Notes: generated from the letters alone by a model not told the origin. Numbered from the stretch's first letter, positions 9,489 through 19,282 are shown. The stretch is 64,000 nucleotides of DNA from Vicinamibacterales bacterium (GCA_050247255.1 JBFWUM010000012.1:22716-86715), one strand, 5' to 3'. Numbers and translations are program-made.

Positions 9489-11036
9489 ATGAGCAAAGCG
9501 CTCGCAGTTGCAGCGGTGGCCGCGGTTGTGCTGATGACTGACGCGGCAGCGCAGTCCGACCGTTCGTTGTCAGGCGTCATCGACGTCCACACGCATGCCG
9601 GTCCTGACGATGTCGCCCGGACCATCGACGCCATCGATTCGGCACAGCTGGCGCGCGACCGGGGAATGCGAGCTATCGTGCTCAAGAATCATTCGCAGCC
9701 GACATCAGCGCTGGCGTATCTGGCGCAGCAAGAGGCGCCAGGCATCACGGTCGTCGGCGGAATCGTCTTGAATCGGAGCGTGGGTGGACTGAACGCCGCA
9801 GCCGTGGAGCAGATGGCCGCGATCGGCCAAGGCGCGGGAAGCATCGTGTGGCTGCCGACTCGAGACGCCGAGAATCAAGTCCGGTTCGACAGGCAGGATC
9901 GGCCTTTCGTGGCAGTTTCGAAGGACGGACAGTTGGTCCCCGCGTTCGGGGACGTGCTCCAGGTCATGGCTGCGAAGAACCTCGTGCTCGCAACGGGACA
10001 CTCGTCGGCGGTGGAGAGCCTCCTGATCATTCGAGCGGCCAAGGCGGCTGGCGTGCGAGCCATCGTCGTCACGCATCCGACGACGGCCCTGGTCAACATG
10101 TCGATAGAACAAATGAGAGAAGCCGCTGGCCTTGGGGCTTACCTGGAGCTCACATACAACCAGCTCGTGCTCGGCGGGATCACGAGCGCCGATTACGCCA
10201 GGATGATACGGGCCGTCGGCGCGAACCGAATCATCCTGTCGAGCGATGCCGGCGCCCGGACACAACCCCTTCACCCTGACGCCATGGTGCAGTTCATTCG
10301 TCAAATGCGCGCTGAGGGCATCTCGGACAGCGACATTGACATGATGACGAAGACCAATCCTGCTGCGCTGCTCGGGTTGGAGACAAACGTGGCGCCCATG
10401 GCGTCGCTCACGCCGCAGGGTTTCCCGCCGGGGTTTCCGCGCGAGGGGTCGAAAAAGGTCCTGGAGAACAATCGCGTCATCGTCTGGGATGCGACGTGGC
10501 CGAAGGGCACGGCGACCGGCCTGCATGAGCACCTGGTCGACTATCTCTCCGTCACGGTGGTTGAAGGGGCCGTGAAGATCACGCAACGAGACGGCACCTC
10601 TTCTGTGGCTACGGCCCAGTTCGGGGGCGTCCGGTTCAATCGCAAGGGCGTGATTCACGCGGAAGAGGGTGTCAGCGACCAGGAGAGACGGGCCATCATG
10701 GTGGAACTGAAGACGGTTCAGAGCCCGGCAGAGGCGGTCGTGACTGGATCAGGCATTCCACTAAACGGAGCCACGAAAGGACTGGAGAACGAGCGGGTTG
10801 CCGTGTGGGACGTCACGTGGACCCAGGGTCAACGGCTCCCGCGGCGGCAGCAAGGTCGAGACGCCGTTGTCGTCTTCCTCACGGGTGGTGTCATTCGGCA
10901 ATCGCCGCAGGGTGCGGCGGTCAGCGAGAGGCGGTGGAATGCCGGTGATGTGCTCTACGTCCCCGCAGGGACTGAGGTACCGGCCGAGGAAGCCACTCAA
11001 GGTGCACCGCGAGCGGTCTTCATAGAAGTCAAGTAA
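9489..11036 (+). CDS. Secreted metal-dependent TIM-barrel hydrolase-like domain fused to a duplicated cupin-like module
   Basis: Signal peptide, then an IDVHTHAGPD amidohydrolase-type metal motif. The C-terminal ~200 aa contain two homologous halves: VLENNRVIVWDATWPKG..HEH..IMVELK and GLENERVAVWDVTWTQG..VFIEVK. Confidence 0.7.
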   Translation: MSKALAVAAVAAVVLMTDAAAQSDRSLSGVIDVHTHAGPDDVARTIDAIDSAQLARDRGMRAIVLKNHSQPTSALAYLAQQEAPGITVVGGIVLNRSVGGLNAAAVEQMAAIGQGAGSIVWLPTRDAENQVRFDRQDRPFVAVSKDGQLVPAFGDVLQVMAAKNLVLATGHSSAVESLLIIRAAKAAGVRAIVVTHPTTALVNMSIEQMREAAGLGAYLELTYNQLVLGGITSADYARMIRAVGANRIILSSDAGARTQPLHPDAMVQFIRQMRAEGISDSDIDMMTKTNPAALLGLETNVAPMASLTPQGFPPGFPREGSKKVLENNRVIVWDATWPKGTATGLHEHLVDYLSVTVVEGAVKITQRDGTSSVATAQFGGVRFNRKGVIHAEEGVSDQERRAIMVELKTVQSPAEAVVTGSGIPLNGATKGLENERVAVWDVTWTQGQRLPRRQQGRDAVVVFLTGGVIRQSPQGAAVSERRWNAGDVLYVPAGTEVPAEEATQGAPRAVFIEVK

Positions 11037-11054
11037 GCCATCCATCTGGAGAGG

Positions 11055-11462
11055 TTGCTCGTGGCACATCGCGTTCGCGTTTGGAGTATCGGTGCCGTCG
11101 TCCTGGCGGTGCTGGTGGGCATCGGCGTCGCGCGCGCGCAGGAGAAGCCGCTGGTCGCCGGTCAGTCGAGCGTCGAGCGGCTCTTCACGGTGGACTTGAG
11201 TGATGTCGGGCTGGCGGGAAACAGCGCCGTGGGGCGCCTAACCTTGCCTCCCGGCATCATGACAGCGGACCACACGCACACCGGCAGGAACTCGCTGATC
11301 ATCATGGTGCAGGGCACCCTGACGGAGGCGCGCGGGGACGTGCGCCGGGAGTACAAGCCCGGCGATGTGTTTTCGGTCGCCGAAGGCGTGACCCATCACG
11401 CCGAGAACCACGGCACGGTGCCGGTGATCTACGTCGAGATCAACACGACGAAGAAGAACTGA
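11055..11462 (+). CDS. Secreted cupin-domain protein
   Basis: Signal-like N-terminus, HTHTG (cupin motif 1) and GDVFSVAEGVTHHAENHG (motif 2). Confidence 0.7.
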   Translation: MLVAHRVRVWSIGAVVLAVLVGIGVARAQEKPLVAGQSSVERLFTVDLSDVGLAGNSAVGRLTLPPGIMTADHTHTGRNSLIIMVQGTLTEARGDVRREYKPGDVFSVAEGVTHHAENHGTVPVIYVEINTTKKN

Positions 11463-11470
11463 CAACGTCA

Positions 11471-11872
11471 ATGGCGCGAGGCTGGCCGGACTTGATGCGC
11501 GGAATTGACGCGGTTGCCTTCGTTGCGGCAGTCAACGCCGATCCTGAGTTCCGCCTCGCAGCACGCCACTGGAACGCGAAGGTCGGATTGAACTTCCCGC
11601 CCGACAATCTGATCCTGACCTTCGAAAATGGCGCATTGATCGACGCAGGCCCAGGCGACACAGCCACCGCCGACATTCGACTGACCGCCCCCGAGGGCGG
11701 CTGGCTGGAATTCCTCAAGCCGGTCCCATCGCCATTTCATCACGGCATGGTGCCGGCACTCGTCCGGCAGGGCTTTGCACTCGATGGGGACGTCGTTCTC
11801 TGGACCGCCTATTACGGCGCGCTCTCCCGTGTCTTCGCGGTCCTGAAGACACTCGTCAATGGACAGGGATAG
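11471..11872 (+). CDS. Hypothetical protein (133 aa), immediately followed by the downstream hydrolase gene
   Basis: GC3-rich ORF. Its TAG stop is immediately followed by ATG 11873. I recognised no family with confidence (possibly an SCP2-like fold). Confidence 0.55.
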   Translation: MARGWPDLMRGIDAVAFVAAVNADPEFRLAARHWNAKVGLNFPPDNLILTFENGALIDAGPGDTATADIRLTAPEGGWLEFLKPVPSPFHHGMVPALVRQGFALDGDVVLWTAYYGALSRVFAVLKTLVNGQG

Positions 11873-12727
11873 ATGGCTCGATTTGACAAGGCCGTCGGCC
11901 GATACGTGTACCTGACCGTCGAAGGCGTCGAGTATCGCGTCTATTTCGAAGAAAGCGGCAGCGGAATCCCGCTCCTCTTGCAGCACACTGCCGGGGTCGA
12001 CGCGCGCCAATGGCGGTTCTTCCTCGAGGACGAGGAGATCACGAGACACTTTCGGCTGATTGCGTACGATTTGCCGTTTCATGGCAAGTCCCTGCCCCCC
12101 TCGTCCGAGCGGTGGTGGGAGCAAGAGTATCGGTTGACCGAAAGCTTCCTGAAGGCATTCATCCTGGGCCTATCCGCGGCGCTCGAACTCGACCGCCCGG
12201 TGTTTCTGGGCGCTTCGCTTGGCGGCTACATTGCCACCGATCTCGCGTTAACCCATGCGGACAGCTTTCGGGCCATCATCGGCTGCGAGGTGTCGACCGA
12301 ATTGCGCGGGCTCGACAATCCGCTGTTCCACCATCCGCAGATCAGCGACGGCGCGAAGGCGGCACAGATGTATGACGCCATGGGGCCGGAGAGCCCGGAA
12401 GCCTGCAAGCGGGAGTCGACATGGCTCTTCGCCCAGGCCGCTCCGCCGGTCATGCTGGGAGACCTGTACTACGTCTGCCATGAGCATGACCTGAGCGAGA
12501 CAGCGCAGGAGATTCGCACCGATCGGACGCCGCTCTACCTGCTGAACGGCGAGTATGACTGGGTCATGCCGCCGTCCCACGGCAAGGCACTCGCCGACCG
12601 GATCACAGGGGCACGGTTTTCGACGATGGCCGGTCTCGGCCACTTCCCGATGATTGAGAATCCGCCGGTCTTCCGGCGCCATCTCCTGCCGATCCTGGAA
12701 GAAATACGACGACTGTTTGATCGATAG
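11873..12727 (+). CDS. Alpha/beta-fold hydrolase
   Basis: 284 aa with the nucleophile elbow GASLGG, HTAGVD after strand 3, and a C-terminal GHFPMIENP His motif. Confidence 0.8.
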   Translation: MARFDKAVGRYVYLTVEGVEYRVYFEESGSGIPLLLQHTAGVDARQWRFFLEDEEITRHFRLIAYDLPFHGKSLPPSSERWWEQEYRLTESFLKAFILGLSAALELDRPVFLGASLGGYIATDLALTHADSFRAIIGCEVSTELRGLDNPLFHHPQISDGAKAAQMYDAMGPESPEACKRESTWLFAQAAPPVMLGDLYYVCHEHDLSETAQEIRTDRTPLYLLNGEYDWVMPPSHGKALADRITGARFSTMAGLGHFPMIENPPVFRRHLLPILEEIRRLFDR

Positions 12728-12732
12728 CGATA

Positions 12733-13839
12733 TCACGCACGGAAGCGGCGCCAGTCGATGCCGTGCTTCCGCACCTTGTAGTTGAAGATCCGCTCGGTCG
12801 TCGCCAGCAGCCGGGCGGCCCTGGCGCGGCTGCCGCGCGCGCTCTTCAGCGCGTCCTGCAGCGCGTCCCGCTCCACCGCGTCGATCATGTCCTGCAGCGT
12901 CTGGCGGATCGGCGTCGCGCTCGATTCGGCCGTCTGCAGGGTGGGTGGCAGGTGATGACCGTGGATGACGCTGGCATCGCACACCACCACGGCCCGCTCG
13001 ATGGCGTTCGAGAGCTCGCGGACGTTGCCCGGCCAGTGGTAGGCGACGAGCATGTCGATGGCCGGCGTCGAGATGCGCCGCACGCTCTTCTTGTGCTCCC
13101 GCGCGAACTTCTCCAGGAAGTGGTCGGCCAGCAGCAGGATGTCCGGCTTCCGCTCCCGCAGCGGCGGCACGAAGATGCTGAAGACGTTGAGCCGGTAGAA
13201 GAGATCCTCGCGGAACTGGCCCGCGGCCATCGCCTTCTCGAGGTCGCGGTTGGTGGCGGCGATCAGCCGGATGTTGACCCGCAGCGTCTGGGTGCCGCCG
13301 AGCCGCTCGAACTCGCGCGTCTGCAGCACCCGCAGCAGCTTCACCTGCATCGCCGCGGACAGCTCCCCGATCTCGTCGAGGAACAGCGTGCCGCCGTCGG
13401 CCAGTTCGAACCGCCCCTTCTTCATGCCGCGCGCGCCGGTGAAGGCGCCGGCCTCGTGGCCGAACAACTCGGATTCCAGAAGATCCGCCGGCAGCGCGGC
13501 GCAGCTCACCTTGATGAACGGCTTGCGCGCGCGCGGCGAGTTGTAGTGGATGTCCTGCGCGAGCAGCTCCTTGCCGGTCCCCGACTCGCCGCGCAGCAAC
13601 ACGGTGGTGGTGCTGCCGGCCACCTGCGACACCTGCTCCTGCACCTGCCGCATCGGCCCGCTGTTGCCAACCAGGTTGCTGAAGGCGAAGCGATCCTGGA
13701 GCTGCCGCCGCAGCGCCGCGTTCTCCTCGGCCAGGCGCTGGCGCTCCGTCTCGCTCGCAGCCAGGCGCGACTCGAGACGCTGGAGTTCGGCGTCGACCCC
13801 CTCAGTCGTGCGGATGGCAGCAGCAGCGCGCAATGACAT
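12733..13839 (-). CDS. Sigma-54-dependent transcriptional activator (bEBP) with no sensory/receiver domain; short N-terminal coiled coil
   Basis: Walker A GESGTGKE, GAFTGA loop (HEAGAFTGARG), ELFGHE, and a C-terminal Fis-type HTH (ARAARLLATTERIFNYKVRKHGI). Only ~55 aa (LQRLESRLAASETERQRLAEENAALRRQLQ) precede the AAA+ core. Confidence 0.9.
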   Translation of the reverse strand: MSLRAAAAIRTTEGVDAELQRLESRLAASETERQRLAEENAALRRQLQDRFAFSNLVGNSGPMRQVQEQVSQVAGSTTTVLLRGESGTGKELLAQDIHYNSPRARKPFIKVSCAALPADLLESELFGHEAGAFTGARGMKKGRFELADGGTLFLDEIGELSAAMQVKLLRVLQTREFERLGGTQTLRVNIRLIAATNRDLEKAMAAGQFREDLFYRLNVFSIFVPPLRERKPDILLLADHFLEKFAREHKKSVRRISTPAIDMLVAYHWPGNVRELSNAIERAVVVCDASVIHGHHLPPTLQTAESSATPIRQTLQDMIDAVERDALQDALKSARGSRARAARLLATTERIFNYKVRKHGIDWRRFRA

Positions 13840-13875
13840 GACGATCCCCGTTGATTACGCCTGCCCTATCCGTTG

Positions 13876-13891
13876 AGCAAGCGGCATTCCA
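13876..13891 (-). promoter_or_regulatory. Candidate sigma-54 promoter (-24/-12) of the activator gene
   Basis: Minus strand reads TGGAAT-GCCGC-TTGCT, with GG-N10-GC spacing as in TGGCAC-N5-TTGCW. It lies ~37 nt upstream of ATG 13839. Confidence 0.35.
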
Positions 13892-14009
13892 GTCCTGCCA
13901 CGCCTGGATCGGCGATTTCAGGCCGTTTTTTGTTCCGGCCTGGTCGGCAGGCCTTCAAGTTTGTTGGTTCACACGCCTGGCGCCACAAAGACGTCGCCAG
14001 AAATGTCTC

Positions 14010-15704
14010 TCAGCCCCTGGTCGTCAGGTAGGCGCGCCATCCGCCGTACGTCGTGATGTCGGTGGCCGTCGCCAGCGCCCACGGCTCGCACACGAATCCC
14101 TTGACCCAGGCGCCGTCGGCCAGCTGCACGCTGCCGATGCCGAGCGGCGGCGGGACGGCGGCGACGAAGCTGCCGAACCGCGCCTCCGGAACCGCCCACA
14201 CCTCGACGTCGATCCCTGGACCGGGAAAACCGGGCTCGCGCAGGAGCCCGGGCTTCGGCAGCGCGCCGCCCGCGAGCGCGAACAGGCGGTAGTCGGGCGC
14301 CGTGCGGAACGCCCCGATCAGCCGCCCGCCCCGGTCCACCAGCTGGTGATTGAGCGGCTGGCCGGCCAGGTGCGCGCCGACGACGGCGACGCGGACCGTC
14401 GCCCGGTCTTCGTCGTGCGTCTCGATCTGTTCGGCGAGCATGCGTCCCGCCAGCGCCATCAGCTCGCGATCGGTGAAGGCCGGGCCGATGAGCGAAATGC
14501 CGAACGGCAGGCCGTCGCCGCGGAACCCGGCGGGGACCGCAATGGCCGCGAGGTCGAGCAGGTTCACGAAGTTCGTGTAGTAGCCGAGGTTGCTGTTCAA
14601 CGCGATGGGATCCGCGAGCACCTGGCTGGTCTGGTAGATGGTGCCGGCGGTCGGCAACAGCAGCACGTCCATGCGTGACCACTGCACGGCCGCAGCGTGG
14701 CGGAGCGCCTCGAGGCGGTACTGCGCCCGGAACGCCTCCACCGCGCTGAAGCGGCGGCCACCGGCAATGATGCCGGCAACCACGGGATCGAGATCGTGCG
14801 GGCGGCGCTCGATGAACTCGCCGACGGCGGCAAAGCGCTCGGCCACCCAGGGTCCGGCATACAGCAACGCGGCCGCTTCCCGGAACGGGGTAAAGTCGAT
14901 CGGCACGCGGGTGCCGCCAAGCTGCTCGAGCCGCTCGGCCGCGGCCGCAAACAGGTGCGGCGTCTCGTCGTCGCCGAAGAACTCCAGGTCATCGTCAGCG
15001 GGCACGCCGAAGCGGAATGCCCCCTCCAGTGCCGGCACCGGCGGCGGCGCAAACGGCCGGGAGTAGGGGTCCTTCGGGTCGAATCCGCGCGCGATCCGCC
15101 ACACGCTGGCGGCATCGGCAACGCTGGACGCGAAGACCGAGACACAGTCCAGGCTGCGGCAGGCAGGCACGACCCCCGCGGTGCTGATCGCGCCGCGGGT
15201 CGGCTTCATCCCGACCAGGCCGTTGAACGCCGCCGGCACGCGCCCTGACCCCGCGGTATCGGTGCCGAGCGCGAACGCGCACAGCCCGCTGGCCACCGCG
15301 ACCGCCGACCCGGAGCTCGACCCGCCCGAAATGTAGCGATCGTCGAACACGCTGGAGCAGGCGCCGTATGGGGATCGGGTCCCGACCAGTCCGGTGGCGA
15401 ACTGATCGAGGTTGGTCTTGCCGATCAGGATCGCCCCGGCGTCGAGCAGCCGTTCGACCGCCGTCGCCGTGGTCCGCGCCGCGTAGCCGAACGAGGGGCA
15501 CCCGGCCGTCGTCGTCATGCCGGCGACGTCGATGTTGTCCTTCACGGCGAACGGGATGCCTGCCAGCGGCAGCGATGGATCCACGGTCCGCGCGCGCGCT
15601 ACCGCGGCCTCGCGGTCGGCGAGGGAAATCCAGACCGGCGCCATCCCCTCTTCAGCAATGCGATCGAAGATCGCCGCGATCCCGTCTGCCGTCAGGCGCC
15701 GCAC
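14010..15704 (-). CDS. Allophanate hydrolase (amidase-signature domain + C-terminal AH domain)
   Basis: Amidase signature GGSSSGSAVAVA and KDNIDVAGMTTTAG. Start placed at GTG 15704 (VRRLTADGIAAIFDRI), which overlaps the carboxylase stop by 13 nt. The ORF-track extension to 15926 lies inside the carboxylase gene. Confidence 0.85.
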   Translation of the reverse strand: MRRLTADGIAAIFDRIAEEGMAPVWISLADREAAVARARTVDPSLPLAGIPFAVKDNIDVAGMTTTAGCPSFGYAARTTATAVERLLDAGAILIGKTNLDQFATGLVGTRSPYGACSSVFDDRYISGGSSSGSAVAVASGLCAFALGTDTAGSGRVPAAFNGLVGMKPTRGAISTAGVVPACRSLDCVSVFASSVADAASVWRIARGFDPKDPYSRPFAPPPVPALEGAFRFGVPADDDLEFFGDDETPHLFAAAAERLEQLGGTRVPIDFTPFREAAALLYAGPWVAERFAAVGEFIERRPHDLDPVVAGIIAGGRRFSAVEAFRAQYRLEALRHAAAVQWSRMDVLLLPTAGTIYQTSQVLADPIALNSNLGYYTNFVNLLDLAAIAVPAGFRGDGLPFGISLIGPAFTDRELMALAGRMLAEQIETHDEDRATVRVAVVGAHLAGQPLNHQLVDRGGRLIGAFRTAPDYRLFALAGGALPKPGLLREPGFPGPGIDVEVWAVPEARFGSFVAAVPPPLGIGSVQLADGAWVKGFVCEPWALATATDITTYGGWRAYLTTRG

Positions 15705-18700
15705 CGTTCCTCCACGCGCAACACGGCCAGCTGCTGGCCGGCGGTGACCATGGCGCCCTTGCTGCACTGCACCAGCTCGATCACCCCTTCGCTCGGCGCG
15801 ACGATGGCGACCTCCATCTTCATCGCCTCGAGGACGAGGATCTTCTGCCCGGCGGCCACGCGCTGGCCTGGCTCCACGGCCACCTGCCACACGCTGGCGG
15901 TCATCGGCGACCGGACCGCCTCGCACCCGTCAGGGACGACCGCCGGCGCCGGCGGCGGCATGTCATCGGGCGGCTCGACGAACTCCGGCTGCCCGGCGGC
16001 CGCCCAGCGCTCGCGCTCGGCCACGAAGGCGGCCTGCTGCATCTGCTTGAAGGCGCGCGCCTCGGGCGCAATCGCATCGAGAAAGCGGTGGTAGCTGGCG
16101 AGGCTGAACTCGGTCTGCTCGATGCCGATGCTGTATTCACCGTGCGGGAACGCCTCGCGCATCTCCAGCAGTTCCGCCGCCGAGACCGGGAAAAAGCGAA
16201 TCTGATCGAAGAAGCGAAGCAGCCACGGTGAACCCGGCCGGAACTCCGCCGTGGTGCGGTAGGTGTTCCACATCTGCACGGTGCGGCCGACGAACTGGTA
16301 GCCGCCCGGCCCCTCCATCCCGTAGACGCAGAGGTAGGCGCCGCCGATGCCGACGGAGTTCTCGGCCGTCCAGGTCCGCGCCGGGTTGTATTTCGTCGTC
16401 ACCAGCCGATGGCGGGGGTCGATCGGGGTCGCCACCGGAGCGCCCAGGTAGACGTCGCCCAATCCGAGCACGAGGTACGACGCGTCGTAGACGATGTCGC
16501 GGACCTGGCTGATGGTGTCGAGCCCGTTGATGCGGCGGATGAACTCGGTGTTGCTCGGGCACCACGGCGCATCGGGGCGGACCGACTGCATGTACTTCTC
16601 GATGGCCAGCAGGGTCGCCGGGTCTTCCCAGGACAGCGGCAGGTGCACCACGCGGCTCGGGATCGTCAGGTCGTCGAGCGCCGGCAACGCCGCGTCGCAC
16701 TCGTCGAGGACGGCGAGCAGGCGATCGCGCGACAGCTGGCGGCTGTCGTAGTGGATCTGCAGCGAGCGGATACCGGGGGTGACATCGACGATGCCGCGCA
16801 GCCGCTGCTGGCGCAGCTGCTGCTCGAGCGCGTGGATGCGGAACCGCAGGTTGAGATCGAGTTCGTTGGGGCCCGTCTCGACCAGCAGGTAGCGGTCGCC
16901 CGCGGCCCTCGACACCGTCGCCGCGCCGCGGCGCACCACTGCCGGATCGCGCTGTTCGACATCCAGCGCTGGCAGGGCGCCGGCCAGGCGCGCGACGGCG
17001 CCGTCGAGCGCCCGCTCGAGACCCGTGGCCTGGGCCTCGGTCATGAAACGGAACCGCACAGTGTCGCCCGCGCGCAGCTGGCCGATCTTCCACAGCTCCG
17101 CCTGGGCGATCACCGCCGGGCAGACGAAGCCGCCAAGGCTGGGGCCGTCCGGACCGAGCAGGATCGGCATGTCGCCGGTGAAGTCCATCGCGCCGACGGC
17201 ATAGGCGTTGTCGTGCAGGTTCGACGGGTGCAGTCCCGCCTCGCCGCCGTCCCGGCGCGCCCACGTGGGCCGCGGTCCGATCAAGCGGACGCCGGTGCGA
17301 TCGGAGTTGTAGTGGACCTTCCACGTCGCGCCGAACAGCCGGCCGATGTCCTCGCCGGTGAAGAAGTCGGGCGCGCCGTGCGGGCCATACAACACGCCGA
17401 CGTCCCACTCGTTGGACCAGCGCGGCACGAGGTCGGCCGGCAACTGCTCTACCGGCGGCGTCGCCCGGTCGGGCGCGCCCCAACGCAGCATGTCGCCCGC
17501 GCGCAGCACCCGGCCGGCGTGGCCGCCGAACCGGCCGAGGATGAACGTGGATCGGCTGCCGAGGTACGACGGCACGTCGAGTCCGCCGCGGATCGCGAGA
17601 TACGCCCGGGCGCCAGCGGTCTCCGCCGCCCGCAACCGGAGCACCGCTCCCGCCGGCACCACGATCGACCGCCAGCGCTCCACCGGCGTGCCGTCGAGCG
17701 TCGCCCGCATGTCGGACCCACCGAGGGCGATGACCGTCGGCGCGTGGAAGCGGAGCGTCGGCCCGGTGAGCGTGCACTCGAGCCCGGCCGCCGACTCGGG
17801 ATTGCCGACGAGGCGATTGACCAGCCGGAACGAGAGCGTGTCCATCGGGCCTGACGGCGGAACGCCGACATGCCAGTACCCGAGCCGGCCGGGATAGTCC
17901 TGCACCGTGGTCTGCATGCCGGGATCCAGCACCTCGACCGCGTTGGGCCGGTACTCGATCCCGGCCAGGAACCGGGTCGGGAATCCGCCCGCCTGGAAGC
18001 CGGGCGTCGCCACCACCTGGCGCAGGTATTCGAGATTCGTCTCGAAGCCGGCGAACGAGGTGGCGGCCAGCGCGTCCTGCAGCCTGGCCACCGCGGCATC
18101 GCGCGTCTCGCCGCGGACGATGATCTTCGCGAGCATCGGGTCGTAGTACGGGGTGACCTCGGTGCCGGTGGCGACCCACCCATCGCAGCGCGCGTCCTCG
18201 GGCAGCCGCACCTCGGAGAGCGTCCCGGTGCTGGGGCGGAAGTCGTGGGCAGGGTCCTCCGCGTAGACGCGCACCTGGATCGCGGCGCCTTTCGGCACCA
18301 CGGCCAGCGACTCGAGCGGCGGCAGCTCGCCGGCGCCAAGCCGCACCATCCACTCCACCAGGTCGATGCCGGTCACTTCCTCCGTGACGCCGTGCTCGAC
18401 CTGCAGCCGGGTGTTCACTTCGAGAAAGAAGTACTCGTCGCGATCGGCGTCGTAGAGGAACTCGGCGGTGCCGGCGGAGCGGTATTGCACCGCGGCGGCG
18501 AGCCGCTCGGCGGTCTGCCAGAGGCGGCGGCGCGTGTCGTCGCTGAGCCCAGGCGCGGGCGTCTCCTCGATCACCTTCTGGTTGCGGCGCTGCGCCGAGC
18601 AGTCGCGCTCCCCCAGTGCCAGGACGCCGCCGCGCCCGTCGCCGAACAGCTGCACCTCGATGTGGCGGGCCCGCTCGACGAAGCGCTCCAGGTAGACGCC

Positions 18701-19282
18701 GCCCTGTCCGAAGTTGGCGGCGCCGAGGCGGGCGACCGGGGCGAAGTGCTCGCGCAGCTCCTGCGGCGTGCGGCAGACGCGCATGCCGATGCCGCCGCCA
18801 CCCGCCGTGCTCTTCAGGATCACCGGGTAGCCGCATCGCTCCGCCTCGGCGAGCGCGTGGTGCTCGTCGTCCAGCAGCCCGGTGCCGGGCAGCAGCGGGG
18901 CGCCGGCGGCCTCGGCGATCTCGCGCGCGGTGTGCTTGAGCCCGAGCTCGCGCATCTGCCCGGCGGTCGGTCCGAGAAACACGAGGCCGGCGCGTTCGCA
19001 CGCCTCGACGAAGCCGGCGTTCTCGCTGAGGAACCCGTAGCCCGGGTGAATGGCTTCGGCGCCGGTGCGGACGGCGGCGTCGAGGATGGCCGCCTGGTCC
19101 AGGTAGCTCTGGGCCGCCGGCGCTGGCCCGAGGCGCACGGCGGCGTCCGCCTGCGCCACGTGCGGCGCGTGGCGATCGGCATCGGAATACACTGCGACCG
19201 GCGAGACCCCCATTCGCCGGAGCGTGCGCAGCACGCGGCAGGCGATGGCCCCGCGGTTGGCAATGAGGACCTTACGGAACAT
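15692..19282 (-). CDS. Urea carboxylase family enzyme (biotin carboxylase + KipI/KipA-like carboxyltransferase + BCCP); possibly guanidine carboxylase
   Basis: 1196 aa. N-terminus [17 protein letters not shown] (biotin carboxylase ATP-grasp), central allophanate-hydrolase-subunit-like domains, and the C-terminal biotinyl motif LEAMKME. Confidence 0.95.
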   Translation of the reverse strand: MFRKVLIANRGAIACRVLRTLRRMGVSPVAVYSDADRHAPHVAQADAAVRLGPAPAAQSYLDQAAILDAAVRTGAEAIHPGYGFLSENAGFVEACERAGLVFLGPTAGQMRELGLKHTAREIAEAAGAPLLPGTGLLDDEHHALAEAERCGYPVILKSTAGGGGIGMRVCRTPQELREHFAPVARLGAANFGQGGVYLERFVERARHIEVQLFGDGRGGVLALGERDCSAQRRNQKVIEETPAPGLSDDTRRRLWQTAERLAAAVQYRSAGTAEFLYDADRDEYFFLEVNTRLQVEHGVTEEVTGIDLVEWMVRLGAGELPPLESLAVVPKGAAIQVRVYAEDPAHDFRPSTGTLSEVRLPEDARCDGWVATGTEVTPYYDPMLAKIIVRGETRDAAVARLQDALAATSFAGFETNLEYLRQVVATPGFQAGGFPTRFLAGIEYRPNAVEVLDPGMQTTVQDYPGRLGYWHVGVPPSGPMDTLSFRLVNRLVGNPESAAGLECTLTGPTLRFHAPTVIALGGSDMRATLDGTPVERWRSIVVPAGAVLRLRAAETAGARAYLAIRGGLDVPSYLGSRSTFILGRFGGHAGRVLRAGDMLRWGAPDRATPPVEQLPADLVPRWSNEWDVGVLYGPHGAPDFFTGEDIGRLFGATWKVHYNSDRTGVRLIGPRPTWARRDGGEAGLHPSNLHDNAYAVGAMDFTGDMPILLGPDGPSLGGFVCPAVIAQAELWKIGQLRAGDTVRFRFMTEAQATGLERALDGAVARLAGALPALDVEQRDPAVVRRGAATVSRAAGDRYLLVETGPNELDLNLRFRIHALEQQLRQQRLRGIVDVTPGIRSLQIHYDSRQLSRDRLLAVLDECDAALPALDDLTIPSRVVHLPLSWEDPATLLAIEKYMQSVRPDAPWCPSNTEFIRRINGLDTISQVRDIVYDASYLVLGLGDVYLGAPVATPIDPRHRLVTTKYNPARTWTAENSVGIGGAYLCVYGMEGPGGYQFVGRTVQMWNTYRTTAEFRPGSPWLLRFFDQIRFFPVSAAELLEMREAFPHGEYSIGIEQTEFSLASYHRFLDAIAPEARAFKQMQQAAFVAERERWAAAGQPEFVEPPDDMPPPAPAVVPDGCEAVRSPMTASVWQVAVEPGQRVAAGQKILVLEAMKMEVAIVAPSEGVIELVQCSKGAMVTAGQQLAVLRVEERCGA

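Noticed and set aside
13892-14009. GAACA-N4-TGTTC enhancer dyad upstream of the activator gene's putative sigma-54 promoter.
   Set aside because: Only isolated TGTTC half-sites occur (e.g. TTTTTTGTTCCGG) with no complete dyad, so autoregulation through the same site is not supported.
16137-19001. 954-aa ORF on the minus strand in an alternative frame of the urea carboxylase gene. There are many similar long ORFs, e.g. 30510-34280 (+, 1256 aa), 27956-30601 (+, 881 aa), 53477-56458 (+, 993 aa), 43786-45867 (+, 693 aa) and 33190-35094 (-, 634 aa).
   Set aside because: Their translations are Arg/Pro/Ala/Gly-rich and low in complexity, with no recognisable motifs. They overlap well-supported genes entirely and are the expected stop-poor shadow frames of high-GC DNA.
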